A stretch of DNA of 9,116 bases from a virus. Its lineage: Duplodnaviria > Heunggongvirae > Uroviricota > Caudoviricetes. Numbering within the stretch: position 1 is the first letter of the stretch; the number at the start of each line of letters is the position of its first letter. The notes beneath the pieces were generated by a model. The model was not told the origin of the DNA. It did no database searches and saw nothing but the letters and a program-made list of their open reading frames with translations. The stretch covers positions 1-9,116 of IMG/VR virus record IMGVR_UViG_2778261031_000001. One strand, 5' to 3'. Positions 6,008-9,116 of this stretch are shown here, piece after piece. The position numbers and the translations under genes are program-made.

Positions 6008-6301
6008 ATGCCAGCGCCTCAGTATGGTGCGGATGACCCGCGCCGCTGTTCCGGCAATTCCGTGTCGGAGGTGCTGGATAAATTCAGAAAAAACTACGAT
6101 CGGATAATGTCGCTACCGCAGGAAACGAAAAAGGAAAAGGAATTTCGCCACTGTATATGGCTTGCAGAGAAAGAAGAACGCGAGCGAATTTACCAGACAT
6201 CAATCCGACCATTCCGCAAAGCCACATATACCCACTTCCCTGAAATTGACCCGCGCCTGCGTAATTACCGCTCACGCTATGGCGCTATCAGTAATGACTG
6301 A
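6008..6301 (+). CDS. hypothetical protein (97 aa)
   Basis: ATG 6008 with TAAGG 8 nt upstream; co-oriented in the early-left operon. Confidence 0.65.
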   Translation: MPAPQYGADDPRRCSGNSVSEVLDKFRKNYDRIMSLPQETKKEKEFRHCIWLAEKEERERIYQTSIRPFRKATYTHFPEIDPRLRNYRSRYGAISND

Positions 6302-6311
6302 GGAATTTACC

Positions 6312-6476
6312 ATGAGAGGACTTGCATACAATCCCGGCATTCTTCCGGCAGAAATGATTATTCGCCAACGCGTAAAGCCAATGCCATCGAGAGAGGAACT
6401 GCTTAAGAGAAATTCTTTTCCATCAGTAAATCAAAACAAATATCTGAATGTGGTGTGGCGGAGTGGGAAGAAATGA
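6312..6476 (+). CDS. hypothetical small protein (54 aa)
   Basis: ATG 6312 with GAGGA 7 nt upstream; its stop overlaps the next start (ATGA at 6473). The track's longer 6162 start overlaps the previous gene. Confidence 0.5.
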   Translation: MRGLAYNPGILPAEMIIRQRVKPMPSREELLKRNSFPSVNQNKYLNVVWRSGKK

Positions 6477-7069
6477 AACAAATGTCACTAATTGAGATGG
6501 ATGGATTTCTGAAAGGTAAATGCATCCCACGAGATTTAAAAGTTAACGAAACAAACGCTGAATATCTGGTGCGTAAGTTCGGTGAACTTGAATCAAAACT
6601 AGAAACGGCGTTGCGGGAGTGTCGTTCTGCTGGAATAACGATTGACAACCTTGAGGCTAAGTGTGCGGCGCTGGATGCTGATAACAAGAAAGCAATGGAG
6701 GCAATGAGGCAGGCAGATGCAGCCGTTAAGTTGGCACACGAGAAGTTTTCTGCGCTGGCGGCGGAGAATGCGAGACTGAAATCTGCGCCCCCTCAACCAT
6801 TCGGACCTGAGATGATGAAGGCTCTTGATGCGTATGAGAAGTATCAGGATGAAGTGCCGGAGACTGGGATGCTCAATGCATTTTTCATCTTGCGCGACAG
6901 TATCCGTGTTGACACCCCAGCCACCGACGCATTCCTGGCTGAAGTACGGGCGCAGGGCGTGGAGATGGCTATGGAGCATATGCAGTCGAGCGGCTCGTTA
7001 ACATTTGGAGATTGCTACATATCACTTAACGAGTTCGTCGCAGAGCTTCGCAAAGGAGGCAACCAGTGA
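6473..7069 (+). CDS. hypothetical coiled-coil protein (198 aa)
   Basis: ATGA coupling at 6473; Ala/Glu/Lys-rich central region ([44 protein letters not shown]) suggests coiled coil. The track's GTG 6455 start lies in the upstream gene. Confidence 0.7.
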   Translation: MKQMSLIEMDGFLKGKCIPRDLKVNETNAEYLVRKFGELESKLETALRECRSAGITIDNLEAKCAALDADNKKAMEAMRQADAAVKLAHEKFSALAAENARLKSAPPQPFGPEMMKALDAYEKYQDEVPETGMLNAFFILRDSIRVDTPATDAFLAEVRAQGVEMAMEHMQSSGSLTFGDCYISLNEFVAELRKGGNQ

Positions 7070-7290
7070 GCGGAAAAAGAATGACTAACAGAGAGCTTGT
7101 CGATGCCGCGATTAAGCTTGCTGGTGACTTTTATTCAATGATGGGGTACGCGCATCGCCCTGGATTCAAATATTGGGAGTCGCCTCACCCGCAAGAGCAA
7201 CTGGTATTTCAAATGGCCTGCCGTGCTTTTGAGGTTATTCGCGGTTCTGATGTGATGGACGCCGTTGCCGACTTGGAGGATGAAGAGTGA
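7066..7290 (+). CDS. hypothetical protein (74 aa)
   Basis: GTG 7066 overlapping the previous stop (GTGA), preceded by AAGGAGG with 6-nt spacing. Confidence 0.7.
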   Translation: MSGKRMTNRELVDAAIKLAGDFYSMMGYAHRPGFKYWESPHPQEQLVFQMACRAFEVIRGSDVMDAVADLEDEE

Positions 7291-7781
7291 CCCAAATTAA
7301 CTATCAGGCGCTGCGTGAAGCGGCGGAGAAGGCCACGGCGCTCAATCTTGATACCGCTCAAGTGAAGCGCGGGAATGATGGATATCTTGAATGCCCATGC
7401 TGTGAGGGCGCTGGCTACGTGGAAGAGGAAAGCGACTTCTGCAATATCGACGGCGTGGCGCTCGGCGTTCAGTTCTACGGCATTGGCGAGCATTACGGAT
7501 TGGCTGAGTCATATCTCAGAGCAGCCAACCCCGCAACCGTTCTGGCGCTGCTGGATGAGCTGGATAAGTGGCAACAGGAATCATCAGCGTGGCAGGCGGT
7601 TGCGGAGAAGCAACTGGCTTTGGCGGCAGATGCAGAGAAGCGCATCGCTGAACTGGAAGAGAGGAAGGTTGTGCCGGATGAAATGACGCCAAAGCAAGCG
7701 TCGCGCTCATATTGCGGAGAAGTTAGAGGGTATCGTGATGGATGGAACGCCTGCCGTGCTGCCATGCTTCAGGGTGCCTAA
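7287..7781 (+). CDS. Ead/Ea22-like family protein (164 aa)
   Basis: GTG 7287 in GTGA overlap with GGAGGA upstream. Features recalled from Ead/Ea22-like prophage proteins: N-terminal ...QALREAAEKA..., CPCCEG Cys cluster, ...LLDELDKWQQE... segment. Confidence 0.75.
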   Translation: MTQINYQALREAAEKATALNLDTAQVKRGNDGYLECPCCEGAGYVEEESDFCNIDGVALGVQFYGIGEHYGLAESYLRAANPATVLALLDELDKWQQESSAWQAVAEKQLALAADAEKRIAELEERKVVPDEMTPKQASRSYCGEVRGYRDGWNACRAAMLQGA

Positions 7782-7853
7782 CCTGTAAGCCAAACTTACA
7801 AGTTGCCTCCCCTGTCATCCAACGAAGTAAACGACGCGGCATGGAAATTACAC

Positions 7854-8153
7854 AACATGCTGACTGAACACGGCCCGCTAAATGGGCGTCAGTTCAACAA
7901 TCTGAAAGGTTGCTTCTATGAGGCATTAAAGGTCGCAATGCGCAACTCTCCGGTAACTCCGGATGGTTGGATAAGCTGTAGTGAGCGAATGCCCGCTCAA
8001 GATGATTGGATTTTAATTTATTCAAAGCACGGCGAGTATATGGCAGGACAGGGACAAGGGGAATACGTGGAGTTGAGCGACGGCACTTTATCGTGGTTAG
8101 GGAACGCCTTGTACTGGATGCCGCTACCAGAACCGCCGCAGGAGGCGAAATGA
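7854..8153 (+). CDS. DUF551-like prophage protein (99 aa from ATG 7854; track ORF begins at TTG 7803)
   Basis: C-terminal ...WMPLPEPP... matches the DUF551 signature as I remember it. Start is uncertain: neither TTG 7803 nor ATG 7854 has a clear SD. Confidence 0.7.
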   Translation, partial: NMLTEHGPLNGRQFNNLKGCFYEALKVAMRNSPVTPDGWISCSERMPAQDDWILIYSKHGEYMAGQGQGEYVELSDGTLSWLGNALYWMPLPEPPQEAK

Positions 8154-8431
8154 TGGACTCCTTCGCGAAATATACGATTATTGACTGGATAGCCTTCCTT
8201 CAGGTTTTGCTCATCTGGTTTTATATGGCTTACAGGAGTGGACAGTGGATTGTCAGTGTAGCCTGTAGCAAGGGATGGCGTTGGTGGAACCGAAAGAATA
8301 AAAAAGCACTGGCCTTGGATTCGTTTTACGAAGCATTCAATCTTAACAGCCTTCAGCCTGGTTCTGTCATTGTAGTCACCACTCAAAGTGGCATGACCAT
8401 TCAGATTCATAAACCAAAAGAGGAAAAATGA
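8150..8431 (+). CDS. small predicted membrane protein (93 aa, one TM helix)
   Basis: ATG 8150 with GGAGG 5 nt upstream, overlapping the previous stop. Hydrophobic stretch YTIIDWIAFLQVLLIWFYMAY near the N-terminus. The track's 8006 start is an in-frame extension inside the upstream gene. Confidence 0.65.
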   Translation: MMDSFAKYTIIDWIAFLQVLLIWFYMAYRSGQWIVSVACSKGWRWWNRKNKKALALDSFYEAFNLNSLQPGSVIVVTTQSGMTIQIHKPKEEK

Positions 8432-8517
8432 TGTGGCTTATATGTGTTAATTGCGGACGGATGTGCCTATCTGGATGGTGCCGAAAGTGCGACAAATGCA
8501 CGAAGCAAAGACAATAA
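8428..8517 (+). CDS. possible Cys-rich micro-protein (29 aa)
   Basis: ATGA overlap with the upstream stop, GAGGAAAA just upstream. Translation MMWLICVNCGRMCLSGWCRKCDKCTKQRQ has 7 Cys in 29 residues; a terminator follows. Confidence 0.35.
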   Translation: MMWLICVNCGRMCLSGWCRKCDKCTKQRQ

Positions 8518-8551
8518 CAATCCTCGCACTCGCGGGGATTTCTTTTATCTG

Positions 8552-8576
8552 AACTCGCTACTGCGAGTTTTGTTTT
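8552..8576 (+). terminator. rho-independent terminator
   Basis: AACTCGC-tact-GCGAGTT stem-loop followed by TTGTTTT. Confidence 0.55.
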
Positions 8577-8588
8577 ATGGAGATGATT

Positions 8589-8888
8589 ATGGCCTGTTCA
8601 ACATTCAACCCTTTAACGTTACAGAAATACCAGCCAGACCCTGAAGATTTATGCTCACTGTGTGGCGGAGATCATGGTAAAGCCGCCATGATCGAATGTA
8701 AGGACAAAATCCACATATGCCTTGATTGCGTTGATGTCCTCGTTGATATCAAAAATGAAAGAGAAGATAAAAAGCGTAGCGAGGCTATTCGCGCCTTAGA
8801 TTCATGGATGCGAGATGGGTATAGTGCTGCGCAAATTTATGACTTAGCCATTTCAAAAGGCGAAATACCAGGTGTGCGAATCGAATAA
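8589..8888 (+). CDS. hypothetical protein with paired CxxC motifs (99 aa from ATG 8589)
   Basis: Three in-frame ATGs (8577, 8583, 8589); GGAG lies 6 nt before 8589. Contains CSLCGG ... CLDC, a zinc-ribbon-like spacing. Confidence 0.7.
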   Translation: MACSTFNPLTLQKYQPDPEDLCSLCGGDHGKAAMIECKDKIHICLDCVDVLVDIKNEREDKKRSEAIRALDSWMRDGYSAAQIYDLAISKGEIPGVRIE

Positions 8889-8923
8889 GAAGCGCACTCA
8901 AGCATCTTTTGGGGAAATCACAA

Positions 8924-9091
8924 ATGCACTTCCGAGTCACAGGTGAATGGAATGGAGAGCCATTCAACAGAGTTATCGAATCGGAGAACATCAACGACTG
9001 CTATGACCACTGGATGCTGTGGGCGCAGATAGCACATGCAGACATAACCGATATTCGAATTGAAGAACTGAAAGAACACCAAGCCGCCTGA
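8924..9091 (+). CDS. hypothetical small protein (55 aa from ATG 8924; track ORF starts at TTG 8909)
   Basis: GGGGAA 7 nt upstream of ATG 8924; followed immediately by a terminator. Confidence 0.55.
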   Translation: MHFRVTGEWNGEPFNRVIESENINDCYDHWMLWAQIAHADITDIRIEELKEHQAA

Positions 9092-9103
9092 TGGCGGTTT
9101 TTT
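9084..9103 (+). terminator. rho-independent terminator overlapping the stop of the last gene
   Basis: CCGCC-tgat-GGCGG stem-loop followed by TTTTTT. Confidence 0.6.
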
Positions 9104-9116
9104 CTTGCGTGTAATT

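Noticed and set aside
7375-7686. 103-aa + ORF in an alternative frame
   Set aside because: Nested in the Ead/Ea22-like gene; Arg/Trp-rich composition typical of an out-of-frame read of GC-rich coding sequence.
4518-8410. Large - strand ORFs (4518..4901, 5008..5379, 5103..5342, 5581..5766, 5757..5939, 6084..6275, 6403..6687, 6599..6979, 7209..7493, 7493..7765, 7516..7710, 8018..8410)
   Set aside because: All lie antisense to + strand genes that form a tightly coupled operon with good RBSs and recognisable motifs; none has convincing translation signals.
8444-8644. 66-aa + ORF
   Set aside because: Spans the intrinsic terminator hairpin at 8552..8576 and overlaps two better-supported frames; no RBS.
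1-9116. CRISPR array, tRNA/rRNA, insertion sequence, integrase or att site
   Set aside because: No regularly spaced direct repeats, no tRNA-like cloverleaf candidates, no transposase or integrase-like ORF, and no terminal inverted repeats seen in this window.

Overview
This window reads as the immunity and early-left region of a lambdoid (lambda/P22-type mosaic) enterobacterial phage or prophage, drawn with the cI-to-N direction on the + strand. Order: a possible partial leftward early gene (1..110, -), nutR, cro (-), an oR operator cluster, a LexA/S24-type CI repressor (+), two co-oriented uncharacterized genes in the slot where lambda carries rexA-rexB (1360..2666), an intrinsic terminator, oL/pL, nutL, a P22-gp24-like N antiterminator, an AT-rich accessory block, cIII, kil, a P-loop ATPase (possibly Sak4-like) with a possible SSB-like partner, and a run of small accessory genes including an Ead/Ea22-like and a DUF551-like protein. 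The most interesting candidate is the two-gene cassette downstream of cI: it sits at a classical lysogen-expressed exclusion locus, shows no resemblance to RexA/RexB that I can see, and I could not assign either protein to a known family. All homology statements are from memory of protein families, not from searches; GC statements are by eye. No tRNA, rRNA, CRISPR, integrase or att site was seen.
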